64,000 bases of DNA from Planctomycetota bacterium (GCA_044225365.1 JBGAIQ010000003.1:32001-96000); one strand, 5' to 3'; counted from the first letter of the stretch, positions 18,701 to 28,603 are shown. A program made the numbers and translations. Notes: generated by a model not told the origin, from the letters alone.

Positions 18701-21481
18701 CGACGTGGCGTCGCCGCAATTCGTCACCGTGCGCGTCAGCGTCGGCGGCAGCGCGCCGCCCTGCGTGTACTGGCCGAGGAGGAGCTGCGCGTTGTCGAGG
18801 CAGAGATCCGATGCCGGCGTCGTGACGTTGAGCGTCACGGGCACGAGCACTCGATCGAGCGCATTCGCGGCGTTGTAGAACTCGACCGTCGTCTGGTACG
18901 AGCCCGGCGCGAGACCGGCCGGGTTGTAGACCAGCGAAACCTGCTGCTGCTCACCGGAGTTCAACGCGATTGGCGAGGGCGTGATGACGAGCCAAGGCAC
19001 GTCGACGGGAATCGCGTGCGACACGTACGTCAACTGCGAGAGCGCGGGGCCGCAGTTCTTCACGTTGACGATGCTGCTTTGCGTCGCCGGCCCGCCCTGC
19101 GCGTAGTTCGCGACGAACGGACCCGCGGTGTCGGTACACAAGTCCGAAGCGGGCAGTCCGATGTTGAGTGTGACGTCGATCGTCGCGAAATCGAGTGGAT
19201 CCGCGACGTTGCTCGCGGTGATCGTCGACTTGTAGACACCGGGCCCGAGGTTCTTCGGATTGACTCGGATGTCGAGCACGACCGACCCGCCGCCCGGCAG
19301 GATGCCGAACGTTGGACCGACGTTGAGCCACAGCGCGCCCGGATTCTGCGAGACGGAGTAATTGAGCTGCGATCCAGCCACGCCGACGTTCTTCAACACG
19401 CGCTGGAACTTCGACGGCAACTGGCCGGCGACGTAATCGACGACGATCGGGCTCGTGTCCGGCATCTGCAGATCGGGGATCAGCGTGCCGACCGTGAACT
19501 TCACCTGGCAGACGAAACCGTTCGTCCCCGTCGCGAGGTTCCGGAAGATCATCTTCGTCGTGTAGGTGCCGGGCGCGAGGCCCGCGGGATCGGTGACCGC
19601 GCTGACGACGTCGCTCTTGCCGGCGTCGAGCGAACCGCCGTCGTGATTGAGGATGAGCCACGGCGCGGGTGGATCGACGTAGCAGTGCCAGTCGAGCACC
19701 GAGCCCGGAGCGCCGCAGTTCGTGACGACGTGCGTGATCGTGTCCGGCACCGTGCTGCCGCCGATCGAGTAGACGTTGTTCACCTGCGAAGGACCGTTGA
19801 CGCAGAGGTCGGGCGCGCCCGCCTTCACTCGGAAGTGGAAGACGACGTCCGAGAAGTCGGCGGGATTGACGACGTTCTGGAAGTGCATGGTCGTGACGTA
19901 ATTGCCCGCCGCGATGTTGCCTGGACTGAGCACGGCGTGAAGGACTTCTTCCTGATCGTCGATCGACACGAGACCGTAGGGCTTGTCGATCGAGAGCCAC
20001 GGCACGCTCGGCGACATGCTCACCGAGTATCCGAGATTGCTCATGCAGTCCGCGGACAGATTGCTCACGGTGAACGGGATCGGCGCCGGCACCGGGCTAC
20101 CGATCGTCCAGGCGACGAACGCATCGGGATACGGAATGACGGCGAGATCGGCGGCGGCCGCGGCGGTCGGCGGCGAGCTCTCGTGGAAGAACACGTCGGT
20201 CGCGTTGTTCGTGTCGGCGGGAACGAGGTTGCTCGCGGCGCTCGAGAACGTCGCGCGACAACCGGTGTCGTTCAGCATCACGGCGCGGGATTCGGCGTTG
20301 CCCGAGGTGGTGCCAATCACGTCGGACAGCATCATCAGCGAGCCAGTGACGACGTCGCGTTGATAGACGTCGCGGAATGCGTTCGTGTCGTCGAGCGAGA
20401 GCTTGCCCTCGCTCGTGAACGCGACGTATCGGCCGTTCGTCGAGATCGAAGCCGCTTCGCTGATCGTGTTGGGGAGGGTCTGTCCCGTGAAGTCGGAGAA
20501 GCTCGCGAGCGTGTAGAGCCCGCTCGCGCGGTCGCGGACGTAGACGTCGTAGGTCGAGTTGACATCGGTCGGCTGCAGCGTTTCGAGCGTCTCGAACGCA
20601 CAGTAGCGGCCGGTCTCCGAGATCGACGGACGCCGTCCGCCCTTCGGGATCACCGATCCGTTCGCGTCGACGGTGATCGCCTTCGTGATGAGCGTAATCG
20701 TGTCGTACTGGAAGACGTCGGTGACGAAGTTGTTGTCGTTGTTGATGAGGTCGGACGCGTCGGATTCGAAGACGACGCCCGAACCGTCGGCATGGACGTG
20801 TGGATTACGCGAGTCCTTGTGCTGAGCGAGCGGGTTGATGCTCGTGCTCTTCTTGCTCGCAACGTAGATCTTTCCCGACTCGAGGTCCTTCAGATAGATG
20901 TCGGCGAACGTGTCGGTGTCGTCGGGACTGAGGTTCGTCGCGCGGCTCGCGAAGGCGACGAAGCGACCGTCCGCGGAGATCGACGGCTGGGAACTCACGC
21001 CGTTCGCGATCACTCCGGTCGCCGAGGTCGAGACCATGATCGCGACCTGCGTGACGCGGTCGTAGCGGAAGACGTCCTGCAGACCGTTCGTGTCGTTGTT
21101 CGCGATGTTCGTCGCGGACGACGAGAACGCGACGTAGCGACCATCGCGCGACACGCTTGGCTCGGAACTCGGGCCGTTCGCTTCCGCGACGTGCTCACCG
21201 AACGAGATCCGCTCGGTCTTCCCGTTCAGGATGTCGCGGAGGAAGATGTCGCTCGCGTTGTTGTTGTCGGGGATCGAGAACAAGGGCGAGTTGCTCGCGA
21301 AGGCGACGAACTTGCCGTTCCCCGAGATCGCGGGCTGACCGCTCGGCTGCGGCACTTCGAGACCGCCGGACGTGACGCTCGCGCGCTGGGTCGATTGGGC
21401 GAAGGCGGAAGTCGAAGCGAAAGGGGTGAGGGATACGATCGATGCGCCAAGGGCCGCGGCCGTGACTCGGCTGAACTGCAT
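15725..21481 (-). CDS. Large secreted surface protein: TolB/PD40-like beta-propeller, 11 BACON/Ig-like repeats and a Lys-rich C-terminal domain
   Basis: Signal peptide; repeats PSISADGRFVAFAS.A.NL...DTN...DVF; 11 ~110-aa units DL(C)...N(C)G...L.W/Y...PWL...G.L...GL..G.Y.T...F.N..D. Confidence 0.9.
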   Translation of the reverse strand: MQFSRVTAAALGASIVSLTPFASTSAFAQSTQRASVTSGGLEVPQPSGQPAISGNGKFVAFASNSPLFSIPDNNNASDIFLRDILNGKTERISFGEHVAEANGPSSEPSVSRDGRYVAFSSSATNIANNDTNGLQDVFRYDRVTQVAIMVSTSATGVIANGVSSQPSISADGRFVAFASRATNLSPDDTDTFADIYLKDLESGKIYVASKKSTSINPLAQHKDSRNPHVHADGSGVVFESDASDLINNDNNFVTDVFQYDTITLITKAITVDANGSVIPKGGRRPSISETGRYCAFETLETLQPTDVNSTYDVYVRDRASGLYTLASFSDFTGQTLPNTISEAASISTNGRYVAFTSEGKLSLDDTNAFRDVYQRDVVTGSLMMLSDVIGTTSGNAESRAVMLNDTGCRATFSSAASNLVPADTNNATDVFFHESSPPTAAAAADLAVIPYPDAFVAWTIGSPVPAPIPFTVSNLSADCMSNLGYSVSMSPSVPWLSIDKPYGLVSIDDQEEVLHAVLSPGNIAAGNYVTTMHFQNVVNPADFSDVVFHFRVKAGAPDLCVNGPSQVNNVYSIGGSTVPDTITHVVTNCGAPGSVLDWHCYVDPPAPWLILNHDGGSLDAGKSDVVSAVTDPAGLAPGTYTTKMIFRNLATGTNGFVCQVKFTVGTLIPDLQMPDTSPIVVDYVAGQLPSKFQRVLKNVGVAGSQLNYSVSQNPGALWLNVGPTFGILPGGGSVVLDIRVNPKNLGPGVYKSTITASNVADPLDFATIDVTLNIGLPASDLCTDTAGPFVANYAQGGPATQSSIVNVKNCGPALSQLTYVSHAIPVDVPWLVITPSPIALNSGEQQQVSLVYNPAGLAPGSYQTTVEFYNAANALDRVLVPVTLNVTTPASDLCLDNAQLLLGQYTQGGALPPTLTRTVTNCGDATSKLDFAVIAQPPVAWLEIKDATGSLASGASKPVQFIFHPQGLPSGVYETIVRFGNVANAQDFVDVPARLEVNQPAADLNITPASPITIDYAAGGPNPASPIITMQNLGPAASVLNYSVDALPAVQWLAPTPKSGQLPGAQSTTIQLAINPTGLLAGSYVTTVKFSNLGNAADAMNVQVTLNVTVPKPDLALVGAADINLTYTLGDPTPLPFQVVVKNVGHPLSHLPVAVLPTPSVSWLAVTPNAFTLEGQGVNQQTSVLGFYDVTGLTAGLKTTKIRFIDLADPADFAEINVSIDVKTPPATMCIDSIAPIAASWVQGDVAPAGATRNCKNCGPLASQLHWTAAVSPATPWLLVSPKSGTLAGNLSSPIDIAFNPSGLAVGVFNTNVVFTNTDDAANTFTIPVQITVSDAKPDLCLDSAAAIGVTFDKGGPPPADATRTVSNCGHPQSKLGWTAVENPPVDWLTENPTAGQLTGNNSSVATLHFVVDDSTAKGLHTTTVRFVNLNDAADFVDVPVSLNVTEPDSDLTVLGAPLSATYDIGFDVPQGATFTVGNAGPNGSHLNWKVETLPVASWLSIVGGNGALASGATSDVGVQFVVAGLAPGQYHTVLRFANLDDASDFEEFAIDLKVEEPTADLCIQDDVASIPLSFVIGQTPPTASFAIKNCGDPLADLDYTITMTPQVGWLLVAPMAGTLKFDQASAPIALSLVTAGLVDGDYTTTLHVANLNDATDFVDLPVNLHVGNLTFIPGDRILGGFTQFDSSHELEFDALKNEVIKFNVSSPSKGKLQISVIDSLDKVVKSVVVTTSAKTTKKAIKIKATGHYRLRLEPAKSKLAPFDALTNRKIPKTSLKVKKSGKAGSTGTLDAAIEMLPGGTVSAKALKASAQFVSTLVLGVTTPLGTAFDASAFATPLPNGVQITALPTPLLGSWKFSVSGFDSAKAKAKINLKATQPKGSATITLPGAPSAPPAPATAPPAADVSGTLASPVEPSGD

Positions 21482-21833
21482 GAAATGGCTCCGATTCCTC
21501 TGGCCGGCGGATTTCGCCAGACCGTCGTCGCGAGATTCGAGCCGTCGTTCTCGAATTCGCGTGTTTCATTCCTGAAAAGCACCCGCGGCGCATCCGCCGA
21601 GACGCCCGAGGAGTATTAGAAACCGAAAGTCTCGCCATCCGCCAGAGCCTGCGATGGTTACGGCGGAGATTTCTAGGATTACCGCTGCGGCCCTGCGACG
21701 CGGCGCAGGATGGGGAAGGATCGCCACTTCGGGACTCGGCGTTGGACTTGTATCTTGCCGATCCCGTTTCGCTCCCGCGGACGGAATTCAGAGCCGGTTC
21801 TCCCTGTCAGTCCACACCTTGGAACGATCGTCG

Positions 21834-22829
21834 ATGACCACTTCTTCCGCCACCGCACCCCGCCGCTTCCTGTCGGGCATCCAGCCGTCGGGTCAGCTCC
21901 ACCTCGGGAATTACTTCGGGGCGATCGTTCAGCACCTCGCGAATCAGGACGGCGAGCGCTCGTTCTATTTCATCGCCGACTACCACGCGCTCACCAGTCA
22001 GAGCGACGGCGCGACCGTGCGACGATTCACGCTCGAGGTCGCCGCGACGTATCTCGCGCTCGGACTCGATCCCGATCGCTGCGTGTTCTTCCGCCAGTCG
22101 GACATCCCGGAAGTCTGTGAGCTGATGTGGATGCTCTTGACGGCGGCGCCGGTCGGGGAACTCGAGCGCGCGCACGCCTACAAGGACAAGCTCGCGCGCG
22201 GCATCGCGCCGATGGCGGGCGTCCTCACCTACCCCGTGCTGATGGCCGCCGACATCCTCGCCTACGACTCGACGCACGTCCCCGTCGGCAAGGATCAGGT
22301 CCAGCATCTCGAGATGACGCGCGAGATGGCGCGCGGGTTCAACGCGCGCTACGGAGCCGAGATCTTCGTGATGCCCGACGCGTTGCTGAATTCGACTCCG
22401 ACCGTTCCAGGACTCGACGGCGCGAAGATGTCGAAGAGCTACGACAATCACATCCCGATCATGCTCTCCGGCAAGCCGCTGAAGAAACGACTCGCGAAGA
22501 TCGTGACCGACAGCAAAGGACTCGAGGACGTGAAGGACCCGGACACCTGCAACGTGTTCAAGCTGTACAGCCTGTTCGCATCGCCGGCCGAAAAGGAGGA
22601 GATGGCGAAGAAGTACCGCGCGGGTGGATACGGCTACGGACACGCGAAGGAAGCGCTCTTCGAGAAGATCGAGACGCGGTTCGCGGACGCGCGCGTGCGC
22701 TTCGAGGCGCTTCTGAAGGACCCGCCGCAAGTCGAGGCGATCCTGGCGAAAGGGGCGGCGAAGGCGCGGCCCATCGCGCGGCGGACGCTCAACCGTGCGC
22801 GTGCTGCCTGCGGCCTCGGGCCGGCGTGA
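21834..22829 (+). CDS. trpS: Tryptophan--tRNA ligase
   Basis: SGIQPSGQLHLGNYFG, YPVLMAADIL, VPVGKDQVQHLE, KMSKS. Confidence 0.97.
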   Translation: MTTSSATAPRRFLSGIQPSGQLHLGNYFGAIVQHLANQDGERSFYFIADYHALTSQSDGATVRRFTLEVAATYLALGLDPDRCVFFRQSDIPEVCELMWMLLTAAPVGELERAHAYKDKLARGIAPMAGVLTYPVLMAADILAYDSTHVPVGKDQVQHLEMTREMARGFNARYGAEIFVMPDALLNSTPTVPGLDGAKMSKSYDNHIPIMLSGKPLKKRLAKIVTDSKGLEDVKDPDTCNVFKLYSLFASPAEKEEMAKKYRAGGYGYGHAKEALFEKIETRFADARVRFEALLKDPPQVEAILAKGAAKARPIARRTLNRARAACGLGPA

Positions 22830-22833
22830 AAGG

Positions 22834-25629
22834 ATGACAACCGCGGGTGCGATCGTCCTGAGTGAGAAGGCTCCCCGGCGCAGTCGCCGTCGCGACACCG
22901 CGCTCGCGGCCCTCCTCTACGCGTTGCTCGCCGTCCTGGCCTTCGGCCGTTCGTTCGTCGGTGATCGCATCTTCGTCCCGATGCATACGGACCGCTTCGA
23001 GCCGTGGAGGTCGGGCACGTCGAAGGAGCGCCAGGAAGAGATCGCCAAGGACGAGTACACCGCCGCCTCCGACAAGCTCATCTCGTTCCGCGCCGACGAC
23101 GCGATCACGATGGCGGCGATGCGCGAGGGCAGACTCGCCTTGTGGAATCCGACGAACGCCTGCGGCGTGCCGTATCTCGCGCAAGGTCTCTACGGCTTCT
23201 TCTATCCGCCCCACTGGATCTGGCGCTGGATGTCCCCCGAGCGGTCCTACGGCATCCTCGCGGCGTTCCACCATTTCCTCGCGGCGTTCTTCACGTTCCT
23301 CTTCGTGCGACGCATCGGCGCTCGCTTCCACGGCGCATGGTTCGCCGGGCTCGCATTCGCGGGCTCGACGTGTCTGCTCGCCCGCGCTCACTACTACCAG
23401 TACATCGAGAGCGTGTGCTGGGTGCCGCTCGGTCTCCTGTGTGTCGAGAGCTGGTTGCGCGACAAGTCGCTCGCTGCGCTCTCCGGCCTCGCGCTCACGA
23501 TGGCGCTGATCCTCCTCGTGGGCTGGCCGCAGATGGCCGCGTTCGCGGGGTTCCTGTTCTTCCTGTCGGCGCTCGTGCGTTCGATCGCCGTCGAGTTGAA
23601 GACGCCGCCGCTCAAGATCCTCGGCGCCGCGCTCGTCGTCCTCGCGCTCTTCCTCGCAGTGCGCAACTCCGTGCCCGACGTGCTCTGGCTCTACGCGGCC
23701 TACCCCGCGACGACGCTCGCGATCGTCATCGTGGCCGGGAAGGACCGCAAGAGTTTCTTCGCCACGCTCGGCGGCGTCGCCATCGCGCTCGGGATCGGCG
23801 CGCTGATCGCGGCAGTGCAGTATCTTCCCGCGGCCGAGTGGATGCGGAGCGATGGTTCGCGCAGCGCGAGCGCGCCCGAACTCCTCGCGGCGAATGGAAT
23901 GCGACCCGGGTTCCTGCTCGAACTCGTCGCGCCCGGCATCTTCGGTCGGCCGTGGGACGCGCAGATGGAGACGGTCGCAAACTTCCTGCGCTACTACGCG
24001 CTCTCGGTCGAAGATCTCGTCGCCACGGGTGGTGCAGCCCAAGGCTACGGCAATCCCGTCGAGAACGCGTCGTACCTCGGCTTGCTCGCGATCCTGCTCC
24101 TGCCGCTCGGACTGCTCGTGCGCTCGCCGCGGCGGATCTTCCTCGCGCTTGCGCTGCTGTGGTACCTCGGCTTCGCCCTCGGTGCGAAGGCGCTCGTCTA
24201 TCCGGCGTACTTCGCGGGCTTCTTCGTCGGCACCGATCCCCGTCGAGCGCTGGTCTTCGCCGCGTTCGCGGCATCCTGCCTCGCCGGCCTCGGGCTCTCG
24301 CACTCCGTCTCGAACCGCCGGCGGCCGCTCGTTCCGATCGCGCTGCTCCTCTTCGTCGTCTTCGCGTTCGGCTCGCGCGTGTACGGATTCGGTGACAGCG
24401 GTCTGTTCACGAGGCTGTGCGATCACATCCATGCCATCGCGGCGGCGTTCAAGATCGACTACGACACGGCGACCGAAGGCGTGGCGCGCGGCTACTTCAC
24501 GAACCTCGCCGAGACGCGCTGGTACCGATTGCTGGGAATCGGCATCGCTTCGGGCATCGCCCTCGTCGCGCTGATGGCGGGGAAACGACGATCCGCGCGC
24601 AAGGGCGCCGCGCTCGCGTGCCTCGTGCTCACCATCGACTGCGGTGTGAATGCACTTCCGTTCCTCGCGACGCAGCCCGCGGATCGATACCTCGCGAGCC
24701 ACCCGCTGATCGATCACCTGCGGAACACGATCGGAACCCAATCGCGCCTTGCGAGATTCGGCGCCGCGGAGATGCTCCCGCCCACGGAGGTCGTGCTCTC
24801 GCCAAACCTCGCCGGGTGCTTCGGCCTGCGCGATGCGTGGTGCTACACCGTCTCGCCGCCGCGACGGATCGAGCGGCTCGCGGACGCGCTTCGATACGGA
24901 GCGCCGCTCCCCGCCATCGACAAGGACCACCCGTCGCTCGTCGGCAGCGTCTTCCTGAAACTCCTGACTAGGGCCCCGCAGCTCGCGTCGAGGACGCTCG
25001 ATCTCTTCGCCGTCGCGTCGATCCTCGGGCGCGGCGAGCCGCCGCAAGATCTGCCCGCGGGCGTCACGCTCGATGCGACGTTCGGCGACTGCTACGTCCT
25101 GAAGAACGCGAACGCGCTGCCGCGCGTCTTCGTCGTGGGCGCGGCCGAGACCATGAAGGACGCGGAGCCCGACGCCGTCGCGAGTCGCGTGCTCGATCCC
25201 GCGTTCGATCCGCATGGGACGGTCCTACTCGAGGAGGATCTCGCACCGCCCCCCGCCGGCTCGGGTGCGCTCCCCACCGCGCGGCTCGTACGCGACGACT
25301 TCGAACAGCTCGAGATCGAGCTCGCCGGCGGAGGATCCCGGGGCGGCTATCTCGTCGTCCTCGACACCTATGCGCCGGGTTGGGAAGCCACGGTCGACGG
25401 CGCTCCTTCGCGCGTCGTGCGCGGCGACTACGCGTTCCGCGCGATGTCCATCCCGCCGGGCGCGCGTCGCGTCGTCATGAACTATGCGCCGAAGAGCGTG
25501 AAGATCGGAAAGATCGTCTCCTGCGGCGGGATGGCTCTCGCCCTCCTGCTTTGCCTTGTCGGCCTCGTTCGTGGATCGCGGCCTCGCGTTGCCCGAATCC
25601 AGAACCGGGTTATAGTTGCGGACACATGA
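22834..25629 (+). CDS. YfhO-family (GT-C fold) multi-pass membrane glycosyltransferase
   Basis: LWNPTNACGVPYLA, FYPP, AVQYLPAAE, NANALPRVF, LDTYAPGWEATVDG..RGDYAFRA. Confidence 0.85.
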   Translation: MTTAGAIVLSEKAPRRSRRRDTALAALLYALLAVLAFGRSFVGDRIFVPMHTDRFEPWRSGTSKERQEEIAKDEYTAASDKLISFRADDAITMAAMREGRLALWNPTNACGVPYLAQGLYGFFYPPHWIWRWMSPERSYGILAAFHHFLAAFFTFLFVRRIGARFHGAWFAGLAFAGSTCLLARAHYYQYIESVCWVPLGLLCVESWLRDKSLAALSGLALTMALILLVGWPQMAAFAGFLFFLSALVRSIAVELKTPPLKILGAALVVLALFLAVRNSVPDVLWLYAAYPATTLAIVIVAGKDRKSFFATLGGVAIALGIGALIAAVQYLPAAEWMRSDGSRSASAPELLAANGMRPGFLLELVAPGIFGRPWDAQMETVANFLRYYALSVEDLVATGGAAQGYGNPVENASYLGLLAILLLPLGLLVRSPRRIFLALALLWYLGFALGAKALVYPAYFAGFFVGTDPRRALVFAAFAASCLAGLGLSHSVSNRRRPLVPIALLLFVVFAFGSRVYGFGDSGLFTRLCDHIHAIAAAFKIDYDTATEGVARGYFTNLAETRWYRLLGIGIASGIALVALMAGKRRSARKGAALACLVLTIDCGVNALPFLATQPADRYLASHPLIDHLRNTIGTQSRLARFGAAEMLPPTEVVLSPNLAGCFGLRDAWCYTVSPPRRIERLADALRYGAPLPAIDKDHPSLVGSVFLKLLTRAPQLASRTLDLFAVASILGRGEPPQDLPAGVTLDATFGDCYVLKNANALPRVFVVGAAETMKDAEPDAVASRVLDPAFDPHGTVLLEEDLAPPPAGSGALPTARLVRDDFEQLEIELAGGGSRGGYLVVLDTYAPGWEATVDGAPSRVVRGDYAFRAMSIPPGARRVVMNYAPKSVKIGKIVSCGGMALALLLCLVGLVRGSRPRVARIQNRVIVADT
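25589..25616 (+). promoter_or_regulatory. Putative sigma70 promoter inside the 3' end of the yfhO-like gene
   Basis: TTGCCC-N16-TATAGT, 9 nt before ATG 25626. Confidence 0.45.
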
Positions 25630-26906
25630 ACCCCGAATCCGTCGCCGCTGAATTCCCCCGACTCGTTGGCACGAAGAGCGGGCGAGCGTTCGTCGCTGAG
25701 AACGCGCTCTCGCTCGGGCCCGCGTTCCTCGCGGCGTTGAAGGACGAGAACGAAAAGCGATTGCGCCAGGCCGAGCGCGAGCGCCGCACCGACCTTCCGG
25801 CGTATCCGTCGTTCGTCACGATCGCGACGACGTCGAAGTGCAACATCCGCTGCGAGTTCTGCATCAATCAGTTCGATGCGACGCCGGACAACCGGTTCCA
25901 CATGCCGGTCGACGTCAAGCAGCGCGTGTTCGCCGAAGTGTTCCCCTACGTCAAGAAGATCGCGCTCTCCGTCGCCGGCGAACCGCTGTTCGACCCCGAC
26001 TTCATCAACACGGTTCGACTCGCCAAGCAGTACGGCATCTTCATCGAGATGACGAGCAACGGCCTGCTCATGGGCCGCACCGGCTACAGCGAAGCGATCA
26101 TCGAGTGCGTGAGTCGGATCAACATCTCGATCGACGGCGGCAAGAAGGAGACCTTCGAGCGGCTGCGTCCCGGCGCGAACTGGGACCGCCTCATGACGAA
26201 TCTCGCGCGCCTCATGAAGCTGCGCAAGGAGAGCGGTTCGCCGTTCCCCGAGATCAACATCCGCTACATCCTGATGAAGGAGAACATCACGGAGCTGCCG
26301 ACGATGGTCGACATCGCGGCCGACCTCGGCGTGAACTCGCTGTTCACGAACCATCTCCAGGTGTTCCTCCCGTTCATGCGCGAGCAGAGCCTGCTGCTGC
26401 ATCCGCGCCTCGCGAACCAAGTATTCGACGAGGCGCGAGCGAGGGCGAAAGCGCGCGGCCTCAACATCGTGCTTCCCGACGCCTTCCCGGAGGAAGCGAT
26501 CGCCGCCGCCGAAGCCGCCGCGCGCGCCGAGGACGAAGCGAAGGCCCGGGCCGCGAATCCGGCCACGGCAAACGTCGAAGAGCCCCTGCCGCCGCCCGTC
26601 GACACCGTCGCGGGCCAGGTCGCGCCGCGCGAGGACGAGCCCACCCACTTCAAGAATCGCTGCCCGTATCTCTGGCAGCAATCGTTCTTCGAGGCCGACG
26701 GCAACATCTTCCCCTGCTGCAACAGCAACATCTCGATGGGCAAGATGCAGGACGTCGACGAGTTCTTCACGCTCTGGAACGGACCGATCTACCAGGACAT
26801 CCGCGCCAAGGTGTACACGAAGGACTGCTACGGCATCTGCAAGCACTGCTACCTGCGCGAAGGGATCCACATCGCGGAGGACAAGGAAGCCTACGTTCGC
26901 GTTTGA
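25626..26906 (+). CDS. Radical SAM protein with SPASM/Twitch domain
   Basis: CNIRCEFC, GEPLF, SIDG; C-terminal CPYLW...GNIFPCC...CYGICKHC; ATGA overlap with the upstream gene. Confidence 0.92.
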   Translation: MNPESVAAEFPRLVGTKSGRAFVAENALSLGPAFLAALKDENEKRLRQAERERRTDLPAYPSFVTIATTSKCNIRCEFCINQFDATPDNRFHMPVDVKQRVFAEVFPYVKKIALSVAGEPLFDPDFINTVRLAKQYGIFIEMTSNGLLMGRTGYSEAIIECVSRINISIDGGKKETFERLRPGANWDRLMTNLARLMKLRKESGSPFPEINIRYILMKENITELPTMVDIAADLGVNSLFTNHLQVFLPFMREQSLLLHPRLANQVFDEARARAKARGLNIVLPDAFPEEAIAAAEAAARAEDEAKARAANPATANVEEPLPPPVDTVAGQVAPREDEPTHFKNRCPYLWQQSFFEADGNIFPCCNSNISMGKMQDVDEFFTLWNGPIYQDIRAKVYTKDCYGICKHCYLREGIHIAEDKEAYVRV

Positions 26907-26921
26907 TCCCGAACTCGAACG

Positions 26922-27950
26922 TCAATCCGGTTCGAATCCCGCCGCGATCGACACTCGATCGAGATCCCGCCGCGTCGCGTACGGAACGAATCCGTGCTGC
27001 GGAGCGAGCTCCGAGTAGAGCTTGCCGATCTTCTTCTTCTTCGTGAGGTACTCCGTGGCGAGGACGGGAAGGCCCGCTGCGTGCCAGGTGTCGAGCACGC
27101 CGAGAAGGTAGTTCTGCGGCTTCAGCTTGTTGTTCTCGTCCTTCCCGCCGTAGAAGAAGCTGTCCTCCGCGCCGATGCCGTTCACGGTCGCGAAGAGGCG
27201 TTGCTCTTGGAGCGCGGCCATCGCCTCCGGCGTCTGCGGGTCGCCGGGTTGCAGGGTGTCCTGCGGGTACCACTCGGGATCGATGATGTTGGAGCCGTTC
27301 TGCGGAACGACGAGGAAGTCTTGGACCCCGCGCGTGATCCTCGCATGATCCGCGATCGCCACGACGAGATCGACCATTTGCTTCGCGGCGTCGCGCTTCA
27401 CGTTCTTGCCGCCCGCCTGCTTCGGACCGAAGAACTCGAACGCGTCGACGATGTCGAGGTAGACCCCGTCGAATCCCTGATCGATGATGCGGTCGAGGTA
27501 GCTCTCCCCGATCGTCGCGTTCCCGGTGATCAGGATCTCCTGCCACTTCGGATCCCAGTAGTGGACCTTGAAGTTTCCCTTCCATTGCGGGTTCGCACCG
27601 GCGAGCAGCGACTTGTCGAGCGAGGGCCAGTAGAACCGGTAGTTCTCGGCCTCTCCGATCGAGAAGTAGGCGAGCCGGATGCGGTTCGGCTCCGCGGGCG
27701 ACCGCAGCGCCGCGATCTCAGAAGGAGTGAATTCGCTCGTGCCGTCGCGGCTGAAGTCGACGATGCAGGCATCGAACGCCGAAGCAGCGATGTCCGCTAG
27801 ATCGAGCGGCGCGCCGTTCGTCCCCTGCAGCACGTAGGTGTAGTCGTCGATCGCCGCGAGGGGGTTCGATGGCCCGTGGACGTGGGCGAGGCAGACGAGG
27901 GCCGGGACGGCGAACGTGGTCGCGATGACCGTGACGAGAATCCTCTTCAA
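26922..27950 (-). CDS. Secreted endo-alpha-1,4-polygalactosaminidase-like glycoside hydrolase (MJ1477/TM1410, GH114/GH166-like)
   Basis: AYFSIGEAENYRFYW, NPQWKGNFKVHYWDPKWQ, QGFDGVYLDIVDAF, VPQNG, GIGAE; signal peptide after TTG 27950. Confidence 0.88.
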   Translation of the reverse strand: MKRILVTVIATTFAVPALVCLAHVHGPSNPLAAIDDYTYVLQGTNGAPLDLADIAASAFDACIVDFSRDGTSEFTPSEIAALRSPAEPNRIRLAYFSIGEAENYRFYWPSLDKSLLAGANPQWKGNFKVHYWDPKWQEILITGNATIGESYLDRIIDQGFDGVYLDIVDAFEFFGPKQAGGKNVKRDAAKQMVDLVVAIADHARITRGVQDFLVVPQNGSNIIDPEWYPQDTLQPGDPQTPEAMAALQEQRLFATVNGIGAEDSFFYGGKDENNKLKPQNYLLGVLDTWHAAGLPVLATEYLTKKKKIGKLYSELAPQHGFVPYATRRDLDRVSIAAGFEPD

Positions 27951-28000
27951 CGCCGACGCTGCCTGCGGCGTATGCTGATCAGAAGAATCTCGCGACGCCG

Positions 28001-28603
28001 ATGAACGAACTGCCGAGTCTGCCATTTCCGCACCTCTTGGAACGTGTCCGTCGCTTCGACGCACGCGCGCTCGAAGAGTTCTATCGGCGCGAATATCCGA
28101 TCGCATTTCGATTGTGCTTCGGATTCCTGCTCGATCGAGCCGAAGCCGAGGACGCCGCGCAGGACGCGTTGCTCAAGCTGAACGACGGTCTTTCCGGTTT
28201 CGACTCCACCCGGCCGTGGACGACCTGGCGCAACACCGTCGTGTTGAACGTCTGCCGCGACCGCAAACGCCGTGAGGGCGCGCGCCGCAGGGCCGAGACC
28301 GAGGTGGCGATCAAGGATCCGCAGCACACGGCCGCCGTGGATCGCTCGCCCCACGACGTGGCCTATCACTCGGAAGCGGCGGCCTTGCTCCGCGAGTCCC
28401 TCGCAATCCTCTCCCCGCGCGAGCGCGAGGTCTTCATCCTCCGGGATCTCGAGGAGCAGGAGAGTCCGATCGTCGCGGCTTCGCTCGACATCTCCGAGGG
28501 CACTGTTCGGTCGCTGCTCTCCCTCGCGCGAAAGCGACTGCGGCAAGTGCTCGAATCGCGTCTCGTCGACTCGCACGACAGGCCGAGGAGGACGAAGCCA
28601 TGA
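28001..28603 (+). CDS. ECF RNA polymerase sigma factor
   Basis: AEDAAQDALLK (region 2) and LSPREREVFILRDLE...GTVRSLLSLARKRL (region 4). Confidence 0.92.
   Translation: MNELPSLPFPHLLERVRRFDARALEEFYRREYPIAFRLCFGFLLDRAEAEDAAQDALLKLNDGLSGFDSTRPWTTWRNTVVLNVCRDRKRREGARRRAETEVAIKDPQHTAAVDRSPHDVAYHSEAAALLRESLAILSPREREVFILRDLEEQESPIVAASLDISEGTVRSLLSLARKRLRQVLESRLVDSHDRPRRTKP

Noticed and set aside
17684-21619. 1311-aa + strand ORF and other long antisense ORFs (e.g. 22789-25215, 28733-30955, 39934-41988, 44861-46924)
   Set aside because: Shadow frames of real genes on the opposite strand or in another frame in GC-rich DNA; Arg-rich with no motifs
21482-21833. T-box or riboswitch upstream of trpS (imperfect hairpin ~21617-21675)
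   Set aside because: No T-box consensus or terminator; pairing is weak for GC-rich DNA; an Rfam scan would be needed
25626-26906. Radical SAM/SPASM as a RiPP maturase
   Set aside because: No precursor peptide, RRE domain or peptidase/transporter adjacent; context is glycan-related
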